Below the pieces are notes generated by a model that ran no database searches, was not told the DNA's origin, and saw only the letters and a list, made by a program, of their open reading frames with translations. The position numbers were made by a program, and so were the translations under genes. Positions 50,997 through 60,830 of a DNA stretch of 64,000 nucleotides are shown in pieces (positions within the stretch are counted from its first letter, which is position 1; the number at the start of each line of letters is the position of its first letter). Origin of the DNA: Acidobacteriota bacterium (GTDB lineage: Bacteria; Acidobacteriota; UBA6911; RPQK01; JAJDTT01); NCBI GenBank assembly GCA_965209055.1, contig OZ242374.1, forward strand, positions 704,001 to 768,000, given 5' to 3'.

Positions 50997-53900
50997 ATGG
51001 CCCGGAAAGGCCGAGGCTCGCGGCGCCGACCGAGAAAGAAAAAACGAGTTCGAAGGACCTCGGCGAAGACAAGCTCTCGAACTGCTCCGAAGAAACCGTC
51101 CCCGGACCGGAGGCCCAAGAGCCTCTACCTGGGCTTGGCGGTCCTAGGCGCCATTCTCGCAGCCGGAACTCTCTATTTCTTCAAAGAACGAACTGAATCT
51201 TTTACCCGGAACGTCTGGACCGAGGAGTACACCATCCCTCCCAGGAATCTTCCGCTCGGGGATGTGGAAGAAGCGTTGAAGAAGGTTCCGGAAGGCGCCG
51301 ACGAATGGGATACGGAAGCGCTGGACGTCGAAATCGAGAGCCGGCTCGAGAAGCTGGCCGTTGCGCTCAAGGACACGCCGGATTCCGATTCGTTTCCTTC
51401 CGGGCTGTTGAGCTCCGGATTCAAGGGGACGCCGCTGGAGCCGGCCGCCACCCGGAAGGTCAAGTCCGAAGAGGGGTTGGAGATTCTCCGCGGCGAGGCG
51501 GCCGGCGAGGAGCGTGTCACGGCTGCGGCGTTCCCGTCGGAGGTCGCCAAGCTCCTGCGGGAAGCCGTCCGGATCCGTGATGTGAAATTCAAGGTGACGA
51601 GGATCGAATCGCCCCGGTTTCCAGGATCATCCGTCGTCAGCGACGTCATCTACACCATCGTCGGTCAGGGCAAGGATGGCGAATCCTTGCAGTGGAAGGG
51701 GGACTGGCAACTCAGTTGGCAAAAGGACCGAACGGGCCGCTGGGAACTCTCGCGGCTGAAAGTCCTTGCCGCGTCGCGGGCGAGAAGTGTCGGAAGCGCC
51801 TTCACGGAGGTCACGCATCAAGCGCTGGGAAAGAATGATTCTTACCGGAAGCAGTTGCTTCAGGGAGTCGAGTATTGGCAGGGAGTCCTCGACTATGTGG
51901 CCGGAATGGATGTCTATGGTCACAACGGCGTCGCAATTGCCGATATCGACGGCGACGGCGACGAGGATTTCCATGTCGCCCAGCCGGCGGGCCTGCCCAA
52001 TCTGCTGTTTCGCAACGAGGGAGACGGCACCTTTCTGGACGTCACGGAAATGGCGGGAGTCGACGTCCTGGACAACACGGCCTCCAGTTTCCTGGCCGAC
52101 ACGGACAACGACGGGGACCCGGACCTGATCCTCATCGGGACCAGCTCACTGCTGTTTCAAAACGACGGTTCCGGCCGGTTCAGCCTGGCCAGCGACTCCG
52201 GGTTCGAGGCCATCGATGACACCGACGGCAGCAAAGTGTCCGCCGCCGTGGCCGACTACGACCGGGACGGACACCTGGACATCTACGTCTGCTCATACGC
52301 CTTTTGGCGGGGACAGGAGGAATTGGGCAACTATCCCTTTCCCTACCATGACGCCAACAACGGCGCCCCCAACATCCTCTTGCGGAACCAGGGGAATGGG
52401 TCGTTCCGCGACGTCACCCTCCAATCCGGAATGAACCGGAACAATCTGCGTTACAGCTTCGCCGCGGCGTGGGGTGACTACAACGGCGACCGATACCCGG
52501 ACCTGTACGTCGCCAACGACTTCGGTCGCAACAACCTCTACCGGAACAACGGTGACGGCACCTTCACCGACGTGGCCCGGGAAGCGGGAGTGGAGGACAT
52601 CGGAGCCGGGATGAGCGCGGCCTGGGAGGACTACGACAACGACGGCCGTCTGGACCTCTACGTGGGAAACATGTGGTCGTCGGCGGGTCAGCGGATCACT
52701 TCGTTGCGGCAGTTTCAGAGCCAGCGGCCGCAGGAAGAGGTCCAAAACTATCAACGGCATGCCAAGGGCAACTCGTTGTTCTCCAATCGGGGCGACGGCA
52801 CGTTCGAGGAGGTCGGCGCACAAGCGGACGTGGAGTTGGGACGGTGGGCCTGGAGCAGCGATTTCTTCGACTTCGACAACGACGGTCATGAAGACCTGTA
52901 CGTGGTGAACGGCTTCATCACCAACGAAGACACGAAGGACCTCTGAAGCTTCCTCTGGCGGCAGGTCGTGTCGCAATCGCCATCGGAATCTGCTGTGGCT
53001 TCGGCCCCGCCCGGAGCGCGAATCGGTTCCGAATACCGGAACGGATGGGACGCGGTGAACCTGCTGATCCGGCAGGGCGGTTCCCTGAGTGCGCGCGAGA
53101 CCAATAACTTCTACATCAACTGTGGCGACGGAACCTTCGCCGACGCCTCGGGCATCACAGGGTTGGACTTCCCCGAAGATGGACGGGCCTTCGCCGTGGG
53201 CGACCTCGACCAGGACGGCGACCTGGACCTCATCCTCAAGAATCGAAATTCGCCGCAACTCCGGCTGATGCGAAACCGGTCCGGGAGCAGCTACAACGCG
53301 GCCAGTTTCGACCTCAGGGGCACCCGCAGCAACAGGGACGCCGTCGGAGCGAAGATCACCATCGAGACCGGCGCCGGCTCCAGGTCGAAATTCGTCAAGA
53401 TCGGATCCGGCTTCCTGTCCCAGAGTTCCCGCCGGGTCTGGTTCGGCCTGGGGAACCAGGACGGGATCCGGCAGGCCAGGATCGAGTGGCCCAGCGGGGA
53501 TGTCCAGACTGTTCGCGATCTTCCGGCCAACCACAGGATCGTGATCGTAGAGGGGCGGGACAGGACGGAGACCATTCCGTTTCGGTCTCTCCCGCAAGAT
53601 GACCCCAGGCCGGACGAAGGGGGGAAAGCGCCCGCTGGGGATCCTCCTTTGTACAGCGGAACCTGGTTGCTGGAGAAACTTGCCGCACCCAAGTTCCGGT
53701 TGCCCGGTTTGAACGGAAGGCATCATTCCCTGGGCATGTACCGGGGCCGCCGGGTGTTGTTGAACTTCTGGGCGACTTGGTGTCCGCCTTGCCGGGAAGA
53801 ACTGCGGGACCTGCGATCACATCAGGACGATCTGCGAGACCTCGGCGCCGCGATTCTGGCCATCTCCGTCGATGATCCCTCGGACCGCGCAGAGGTACTG

Positions 53901-55058
53901 GAGTATGCCCGGGAGGAGGAGCTCCCCTTCCCGGTGCTGCTTGCCGACGAGGACGTCATCGCGGCGTACAACCTGGTGAATCGCTTCCTGTTCGAAAAGA
54001 TACGCGACCTGGCCGTTCCCACGTCCATGCTTTTGGATCGGGACGGGAACATCGTCAAGATCTACCGGGGCAGAGTTCCGGCCCGCCAGATCATCCGGGA
54101 CATTCAAAGCACCCCTCGGTCTGAAGAAGAACTGGTCCGGGCCGCCTTTCCCTTTCCCGGGAAATCCATCGGCATGGAATTCGCCCGGGACTACACCATG
54201 ATCGCCGATTCATTCCGAAGGGCCGGACTCAACGACCAGGCGGCGGTCTACTATCAGCACCAGTTGCTGGAGCAGGGCCACGACACGCCCCAGTCGTGGA
54301 ACAGCCTCGGGCTTCTCTACGAGCAAGAGGGGAAATTGGACCAGGCGCGTGAGGCCTACGAAAAGGCCCTCCGGCTGAATCCCGACTACGCGGACAGCCA
54401 CAACAATCTCGGCGCGATGCGCTTGAAGGCGGGGGAAATCGACAAGGCCATAGACAGCTACCGTACCGCCGGGCGATTGGCTCCCTGGTCAGCCGACATC
54501 CAGAGCAACCTGGGCCATGCGCTGCTGGAAAAGGGTCTGCACGCCGAGGCTGTTCGTGCGTTCCGGAAGGCCCATGAGATCGACGTCGAGGTCCCGCAAC
54601 CCCTGGTCAACCTCGGCAACGCCTATCTGCAGATGAAGCGATTTCAGGAAGCGGTCTCGGCCTACGGCAAGGCATTGCGCATGCGGCCGGATTCCGCTGA
54701 GGTCCACCACAACCTGGGCTACGCGTTTCTGGAATCGGGCCGGCTCGACGACGCCTTGGCGTCCTTCGACAGGGCGGTTCGGCTGCGGCCCCAATACGCC
54801 AGCGCCCAGAACAACAGGGGGACGGTCTTCTTGCGAAAGGGCAGGTTCGAAGACGCGGGCCGCGCGTTCGAGGGGGCGATCCGGGCCGACTCCGAGTTCA
54901 GGCCCGCGTATATCAACCTTGCCATGACCCGCCTTCGGGGAAACCAAATCGGGAAAGCCGAGGACGTGCTCCGCCGCCTGCTCAAGGTGAAACCGGACGA
55001 TGCCGTGGCCCTGGACCTGCTGGCGCAGATCGAGCAGGTGAAGTCCTCGGCGCCATAG
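50997..55058 (+). CDS. Membrane-anchored FG-GAP/ASPIC-UnbV/redoxin/TPR fusion; probable selenoprotein (UGA at codon 650)
   Basis: ORFs 50997-52946 and 52968-55058 share a frame and are separated only by TGA 52944-52946 (KDL*SFLWRQVV). The CRTAC1 fold spans the stop. SECIS-like hairpin follows. WATWCPPC redoxin and C-terminal TPRs. Confidence 0.7.
52947..52988 (+). other. Candidate bacterial SECIS element
   Basis: Stem GCGGCA(52958-63)/TGTCGC(52969-74) with loop GGTCG beginning 17 nt after the UGA. Shares GCAGGTC with the E. coli fdhF SECIS apex. Confidence 0.55.
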
Positions 55059-55075
55059 AAGGAGAGAAATTCGGG

Positions 55076-55462
55076 CTAACGCGATTCGTCGTGGGTTTCG
55101 AACTCCGCCGGCATGGTGATCTCCAGCACCACCCAGTCGTCGGAGTATTCCAGCACCTCGTGTTTGATTCCAGGCGGCTGGTACCAGGCGTCGCCCGCTT
55201 CCACGCGGATCTCGCCGATGTCTTCGAAGTAGAGCCGCGCCCACCCCTGGATCAGGTAGACCATCTGGAATTCCAGGTCGTGGGAGTGGTAGCCCATAGG
55301 GCCCCCGCACGGTTGCTCGGCCCGTATGACGTGGGCCAGCACCCGGCCATCGGTGGCCTCCTTGATCCCCAGGTCGCGGTAGGCGAAGTAGGGTCTCAGA
55401 TCCTTCCCCCACCGGGCGTCCTTGGCACGCGCCGCAAATGATTTGGGCCGTTGCTCAGTCAT
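55076..55462 (-). CDS. Cupin domain protein
   Basis: YRDLGI, HSHDLEFQMVY, QPPGIKH. Confidence 0.85.
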   Translation of the reverse strand: MTEQRPKSFAARAKDARWGKDLRPYFAYRDLGIKEATDGRVLAHVIRAEQPCGGPMGYHSHDLEFQMVYLIQGWARLYFEDIGEIRVEAGDAWYQPPGIKHEVLEYSDDWVVLEITMPAEFETHDESR

Positions 55463-55716
55463 CGAACAAGTCCTGATTATCGCGCAGTGAACAAATTCTA
55501 CGGGGTACCGCTGGTGGCTGCAAGTTCTCGAATTTACATACTAATAATCGTCCTGAATTCCTTTCATTGACTCAACAAGGAGATACTTTCCCGGGATGGG
55601 CCCAGTGAGGATCCGCGGAAGATAGCCTAGGGAGATGTTGGTGATCCAGAAACGCCGCATCTGGTGCAGGACGATCCGGGGTCATCCGTCCGAGCAGCCT
55701 TCGCGCGCCGGCCTCC

Positions 55717-55746
55717 TTGAAATGGACCATCCAATAGTCCATATTT
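55717..55746 (+). promoter_or_regulatory. TA promoter/operator palindrome
   Basis: TTGAAA followed by TGGAC-N9-GTCCA just upstream of the antitoxin. Confidence 0.45.
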
Positions 55747-55756
55747 GAGCATGCCG

Positions 55757-56014
55757 ATGCGGATTTCCGTCACCGAAGCGAAGGGGCAATTGACTGAACT
55801 TGTCCGCCGTGCAGAGGCGGGCGACGAAGTGGTGCTTACCCGTCATGGCCGTGCGACGGTCATGCTGGTGCCGGTGCTGCGGCGGCCCGATGCCAAGGGG
55901 CGGCGCAAGGTGATTGGTGCGATTCAGGCCGCCGTTGCGAGTAAACGAACCGATGGCGCGAGCGCAGCCCGCAGTCAGGATTTTCTCTACGACGAGAACG
56001 GCCTGCCGAAATGA
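55757..56014 (+). CDS. Phd/YefM-family antitoxin
   Basis: ISVTEAKGQLTELVRRAEAGDEVVLTRHG. Confidence 0.85.
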   Translation: MRISVTEAKGQLTELVRRAEAGDEVVLTRHGRATVMLVPVLRRPDAKGRRKVIGAIQAAVASKRTDGASAARSQDFLYDENGLPK

Positions 56015-56394
56015 TCGCAGTCGATACATCGGCCCTGATGGCGATCCTGCTGAACGAACCGGAGGCGCCGGCCTGCACAGAGGCCTTGTCGACAAACGAC
56101 CGGATCATGATTTCCGCTGCAACGGTAGCCGAAGCACTGATCGTTGCCGAGCGGCGGGGCCTCGGAATGGAAATGGCCGGGCTTATCGATGGACTCGGCG
56201 TGGAGACTGCAACGGTCTCGCTGCCGGTGGCGCGGCAGGTGGCTGATGCCTACGCGAAATGGGGTAAAGGAATGAATCCCGCCGGTCTGAACTTTGGCGA
56301 CTGTTTCGCGTATGCAGTCGCGAAGACGTACGACTGTCCCTTGTTGTTTGTTGGAGGGGATTTTGCGCGGGCGGATGTCGCAAGCGTGTTGTGA
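56011..56394 (+). CDS. vapC: VapC (PIN domain) toxin
   Basis: VDTSALMAIL, LNFGDCFAYA, LFVGGDF. ATGA overlap with the antitoxin. Confidence 0.9.
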   Translation: MIAVDTSALMAILLNEPEAPACTEALSTNDRIMISAATVAEALIVAERRGLGMEMAGLIDGLGVETATVSLPVARQVADAYAKWGKGMNPAGLNFGDCFAYAVAKTYDCPLLFVGGDFARADVASVL

Positions 56395-56452
56395 TCCGTT
56401 GCACCGGCCCCGATCGCAAAATTCCGGGCCTCGTATCGCGGTCTCGACACGA

Positions 56453-57538
56453 TCAGGGTGAACCCCTGGATGCGTCGAGGACCACTCGTTCCGAACGGCC
56501 GCCGGCCGCCGACCGGTAGGCGGCCTCCAGCAGCTCGATGGTTCGCGCGGAGATCTCTCCCGGCGACCAGTTCTCCCGGCTCCGTCCCCGGATCAGGTCG
56601 ATGAACCGGTTGGGCGGACCGTCGCAGGCGTAGTCTCCCTCCCCCGGCTCGACCTCCAGCTCGAAGCTGTCGCCGTCGTTGCGGTGAATCGTCAGGTGCT
56701 CATGGAACAGATCGAGACTCAACTCTCCCTCGCTGCCGTAGATGCGAATGTCCATCTCATGCTTGGGCTTGCTGGACGGCTGGGTGCCGGCGGCGGAAAT
56801 GGTTCCGATGGAGCCGTTGTCGAACTTGGCCACGATGGCGTCATACATCTCGACCGGAGCGCCGGCTCCGCTCATGTAGGCGAACACCTCGCTGCCTCGC
56901 AGACCGGTGAGCCAGAACAGGAGCGCCACGCTGTGAGACAACTGGGAGTATCCCTGCCCGCCGCCGGCGAGATCGGGATCGCTGTAGAAGGTCTCTGGAT
57001 CGGGAATTTTCTCCATGGGATAGGGCCATTTCTGTCCCATGTAGAGAGCCCGGAGGGCCGAGCCCATGTGGCACACGATGTACTCCACTTCGCCGACCGC
57101 CCCCTGATCCATCTTTTCCTTGGCGGCGGCCACCATGCGGACGTAGTGCCAGCCGGTGGGGATGGAGAGCACCAACCCGCGCGCGTTTGCCGTCTCCACC
57201 AGGTCCCAGGCCTCCGCGGCCCGTAGCGCCATGGGCTTCTCCACGAGGACGTGACGGCCCGACTCCAAACTGGCCTTGGATTGCTCGTAGTGGAATCCGT
57301 GCGGCGAGGCGATCACCACCGCGTCGATGGGCTGTTCCAGCAGTTGGCGATATTCGTCCGTAGCGTAGGGGAAGCCAAATTGCCTCACCGCCAGGTCCCG
57401 GGATTCCTCCGTGGGTGTGGCGACCCCCGCCAACACCACGTCATCACGGGCCTGCAGAACAGGCATGTGATTGGTCTGCGCCCAGTTCCCCGCGCCGATG
57501 AATCCCACCCGAACCTTTTGAGTCGTCACTGATGCCAT
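56453..57538 (-). CDS. Gfo/Idh/MocA oxidoreductase
   Basis: GFIGAG, IASPHGFH, HVLVEKPMA. Confidence 0.9.
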   Translation of the reverse strand: MASVTTQKVRVGFIGAGNWAQTNHMPVLQARDDVVLAGVATPTEESRDLAVRQFGFPYATDEYRQLLEQPIDAVVIASPHGFHYEQSKASLESGRHVLVEKPMALRAAEAWDLVETANARGLVLSIPTGWHYVRMVAAAKEKMDQGAVGEVEYIVCHMGSALRALYMGQKWPYPMEKIPDPETFYSDPDLAGGGQGYSQLSHSVALLFWLTGLRGSEVFAYMSGAGAPVEMYDAIVAKFDNGSIGTISAAGTQPSSKPKHEMDIRIYGSEGELSLDLFHEHLTIHRNDGDSFELEVEPGEGDYACDGPPNRFIDLIRGRSRENWSPGEISARTIELLEAAYRSAAGGRSERVVLDASRGSP

Positions 57539-57655
57539 GGTCGTTTGCCCCCAGGAGGGAGGACTTTCCTGTCCCCCCGTGTTCGTTGCCATTCTTCCGC
57601 GCCCGTGTTACCAACGACGCCGCTCCGCAGTCGGCGACAAGAAAGTCGCCGCTCC

Positions 57656-59170
57656 TCACCGAAACTCACTGCGGAGGACAACCGGCCGAAGCCCGGGAAT
57701 CTCCTCCTGCGCCGGGAAATACGGGCCCATGAGTTCCTTGAATCGAACGTGACGCAAGACCGCCGGAGTCGGTCCCGGCGTATCCAGCACCAGCGCCTCC
57801 GTGAACTTTCCCTCATAGCCGACACGGTAGTTCATGGGATTCTTGACCACGATGAACTTGGCGTTTCGCGTGTCCATGCCCACCGACCGGTATTGCTCAT
57901 CCGCCCAATCGTAGGTGGGATAGGTGCAGATCAGCACTTCCACCGAGCCGATCCGGAACCGCACCGAAGGACCCATTTCGGCGACCTGGCCTCCCCAGAT
58001 GCCGCCCGAATAGACGAATTTTCCGTCGGTCAGCCGCTCGATCCGTCCGGTCACCGGGATGGGCCGCCCCCAGCGCGGATCCACCTTGTGACCCAGAGTC
58101 AGATCGATTTCCGAGCCGGCTCCTGCCCGGTGGCACTTGGCTGCGGCTTCCGGATCGACGACGGGCACCAGGGCGGGCACCGAAACCGGGTTCTCCAACA
58201 GCGCGCACAACGTGGCCACGCTGTCCCCGGCGGCGCCTCCTCCGACGGAATCCGCGGTTTCCAGCAGCAGGATGGGCCCTCCCTCCAACTCCAAGCCATG
58301 GGCGATCGCCTCACTTGGAGTCCGGACTTGAGGTTCCAGATCGAATCTGCGCTCCCAGTACATCTCCGCGATCTGTGTGGCCAACTCGGCGGCCATGGAG
58401 AGGTCGCCGTCGGTGATGACCAGGCCGCCTCCCCCCATCCCGGGAAGATCAAGATAAGGCTGAACCAGGAACGTGCTTGTGGAGAGGACGCCGGGTTGCC
58501 GCTCCATGGCCTTGGCGAAGCGCATCACCTCGGCGAAGGGAGCCGAACCTTCCGTGGAGCCCATGATCCCGCCCACGATGACCGGCACCTTGGCCATTGC
58601 CATGGCCGGCCGAACCCTCCCCTCCAAGATGTCGAGCAGCATCCGGACGCCGCGGACTCCGGTGGAGTAGGTGTCGCGGTGGGGATAGGTCTCCCAGGCC
58701 AGCAGCGCCTCGGTGCAGGCGACCATCTTCTTGCTGACGTGGGCGTGCAGATCGAGCGTCCCGACAATGGGGACCCGGGGTCCCACCTCGTTGCGCACGG
58801 ACTCCACCAGGTCCCCTTCCAGGTCCCCGATTTCTTCGACCGCAGCGCCGCCGTGCAAGGGGAGTAGCACTCCGTCGACCGGCGTGGAATCCCGCAACCT
58901 TTGCAGCAGCTCCGTTTTCAGCGTGAGGTAGCACTCCCGGCTCAGGATGCCCCCCGGGACGGCGGTGGCCACCAGCAGCGGCACGATGTCGGCGCCACGT
59001 TCCCTCAATCCGGCCAGGATTCCCCCGACGACGCCGTCCGTCGACTCCAGCACCTGCTGCCCCCGGCGCAGCTCGGTCCGTTCGAAGCACGCCATGTCGG
59101 TGAACGTGCCGACGAGGTGATTGGACTCGGTGAAGATGGTGCCGACGGCGATTCGATACGGTTGGCTCAT
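57656..59170 (-). CDS. M81-family metallopeptidase (MlrC-like)
   Basis: FTESN, LPLHGG, DLEG, TLDLHAH, TYPHRD, ADSVGGG. Confidence 0.85.
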   Translation of the reverse strand: MSQPYRIAVGTIFTESNHLVGTFTDMACFERTELRRGQQVLESTDGVVGGILAGLRERGADIVPLLVATAVPGGILSRECYLTLKTELLQRLRDSTPVDGVLLPLHGGAAVEEIGDLEGDLVESVRNEVGPRVPIVGTLDLHAHVSKKMVACTEALLAWETYPHRDTYSTGVRGVRMLLDILEGRVRPAMAMAKVPVIVGGIMGSTEGSAPFAEVMRFAKAMERQPGVLSTSTFLVQPYLDLPGMGGGGLVITDGDLSMAAELATQIAEMYWERRFDLEPQVRTPSEAIAHGLELEGGPILLLETADSVGGGAAGDSVATLCALLENPVSVPALVPVVDPEAAAKCHRAGAGSEIDLTLGHKVDPRWGRPIPVTGRIERLTDGKFVYSGGIWGGQVAEMGPSVRFRIGSVEVLICTYPTYDWADEQYRSVGMDTRNAKFIVVKNPMNYRVGYEGKFTEALVLDTPGPTPAVLRHVRFKELMGPYFPAQEEIPGLRPVVLRSEFR

Positions 59171-59354
59171 CCTTCGAGATTCACTCCGGCAGGTGTGAGG
59201 ACTCGAGTCTGGGTGCGGGGGTTGTCCCAACCCCGGAACAAGTAAACCAGAAGCAGCAGGGAACTGAATAGTCCCCCCCTGCGACCGAAATCGGGACTGT
59301 CCCCTTCTGGCGAGCGCTTGCCCAATCCAAACGGAGGTTTTCGAGAAGTCCGGA

Positions 59355-59627
59355 CTACTCCCTAAAGAGATCGGAGTGGGTCCCGGTACGGACCAAGTGC
59401 AATTCGCCGCCCTCAACACGGTAAATCACGAGCCAGTCCGGTTCGAGATGCGCCTCGCGGTAACCTTTCCAAATTCCCCGTAACGGATGGTTGCGGTGCC
59501 GCGCGGACAAAGGTTCCTGCTTGATCAACGAGGACAGCAACGACCGTAGCTTCGCCAAGTCCTTGCCTCGCGCCTTGGCTCTTCGCACATCGCGTTTGAA
59601 CTGCGATGAGCGAACCGGGATCAACAT
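59355..59627 (-). CDS. yafQ: YafQ-family toxin
   Basis: FKRD, HPLRG.WKGYREAHLEPDWLVIY, RTGTHSDLF. Confidence 0.9.
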   Translation of the reverse strand: MLIPVRSSQFKRDVRRAKARGKDLAKLRSLLSSLIKQEPLSARHRNHPLRGIWKGYREAHLEPDWLVIYRVEGGELHLVRTGTHSDLFRE

Positions 59628-59628
59628 G

Positions 59629-59886
59629 TCAGATGTCGAGATCTCGGAATAGTTCCTTGGCGCTGTCGAAACGTTGGCCCTTGCCGACGTCCAATTCCTT
59701 CATGGCCTTGAGGGTCGTCGAATTGGGGACTTGGATGGCGAAGGGCAGTCGCTTCTCGTCCGCCACCCGCAACAACAGGAGCCGAATAGCATCCGAGACG
59801 GTCAAGCCCATAGCCCGTAGCGCCTCGGTCGCGCGTGATTTGGTGTTGCTGTCGATTCGAGCGCGTACAACGGTGTCTGAACTCAT
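59629..59886 (-). CDS. dinJ: RelB/DinJ antitoxin
   Basis: VVRARID, MGLTVSDAIRLLL, LPF, PN.TT. Confidence 0.9.
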   Translation of the reverse strand: MSSDTVVRARIDSNTKSRATEALRAMGLTVSDAIRLLLLRVADEKRLPFAIQVPNSTTLKAMKELDVGKGQRFDSAKELFRDLDI

Positions 59887-59907
59887 CTTCGATTCCCTTC
59901 TATCGGG

Positions 59908-59944
59908 TAGCTTCAATGTAGCTACAAGAAGCTGTTCCTGTCAA
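59908..59944 (-). promoter_or_regulatory. dinJ-yafQ promoter with operator palindrome
   Basis: Minus strand TTGACA-18 bp-TACATT. Palindrome TGTAGCTACA at 59917-59926 overlaps the -10. Confidence 0.55.
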
Positions 59945-60064
59945 GAAGGACGCCAGCGAACGATTGCTGCGCGTGCGTGCGTGAGAATGGGACTGTCCCC
60001 TTCTAACCCGCCTGATATAGTCAGAATTTCAAGGTTGTTCCGAAAATTCAGCAAGGAGCTTCCC

Positions 60065-60775
60065 GTGACCGTTCTTGTGATCATCTCAGCCAATATTGAA
60101 TGGAAAGCCGTCAGGAGAATACTCCCCGAGGCTGCCCCCCAAGCATCTCCTTTTGGCGAATGGTTTAAGACGGACCTTGACCTTGGAGATGACCGGCAGT
60201 CCATCATCTTTTTTCACGGCGGATGGGGCAAGATTTCTGCGGCGTCATCTGCGCAATACGTGATCGACCGTTGGTCTCCAGATCTGATGGTGAATCTGGG
60301 CACCTGTGGCGGGTTTGAAGGGGAAGTTGAAAAGAACACCGTCGTGCTGGTCGAGCGGACGGTCGTCTATGACATTGTCGAGCAGATGGTGGATGCGGAG
60401 GAAGCGATCCGAGACTATTCGACGGAGATCGATCTTTCGTGGTTGAGCGAACCCTATCCCCGTCCCGTGTTGAGAAACGTTCTCGTCTCCGCAGACCGGG
60501 ATCTCATGCCGGAAAATATTCCAGACTTGAAGTCCAAATACGGCGCAGTGGCGGGAGACTGGGAATCGGGCGCAATCGCCTGGGTGGCCAACCGAAACCG
60601 GGTCCGATGTCTCATTTTGCGCGGGGTTACGGATCTGGTTGGTGATGAAGGTGGTGAGGCCTATGAGGGCAAGGTACAGATCTATGTGGAAAACACGGAG
60701 CGGGTCATGAACGATCTGATTCTGCACCTTCCCCAGTGGATCGTACATGGACGCCAAAACCGGACCGGTCCTTAA
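60065..60775 (+). CDS. 5'-methylthioadenosine/SAH nucleosidase-like (PNP_UDP_1 family)
   Basis: RBS AAGGAG + GTG. GWGKISAA, NLGTCGG, DWESGAIA, RGVTD. Confidence 0.8.
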   Translation: MTVLVIISANIEWKAVRRILPEAAPQASPFGEWFKTDLDLGDDRQSIIFFHGGWGKISAASSAQYVIDRWSPDLMVNLGTCGGFEGEVEKNTVVLVERTVVYDIVEQMVDAEEAIRDYSTEIDLSWLSEPYPRPVLRNVLVSADRDLMPENIPDLKSKYGAVAGDWESGAIAWVANRNRVRCLILRGVTDLVGDEGGEAYEGKVQIYVENTERVMNDLILHLPQWIVHGRQNRTGP

Positions 60776-60830
60776 GTTGACAAACGGATCACAATAAGGA
60801 GTAACGAGGTAGTCTGACGATGGCCCAACG

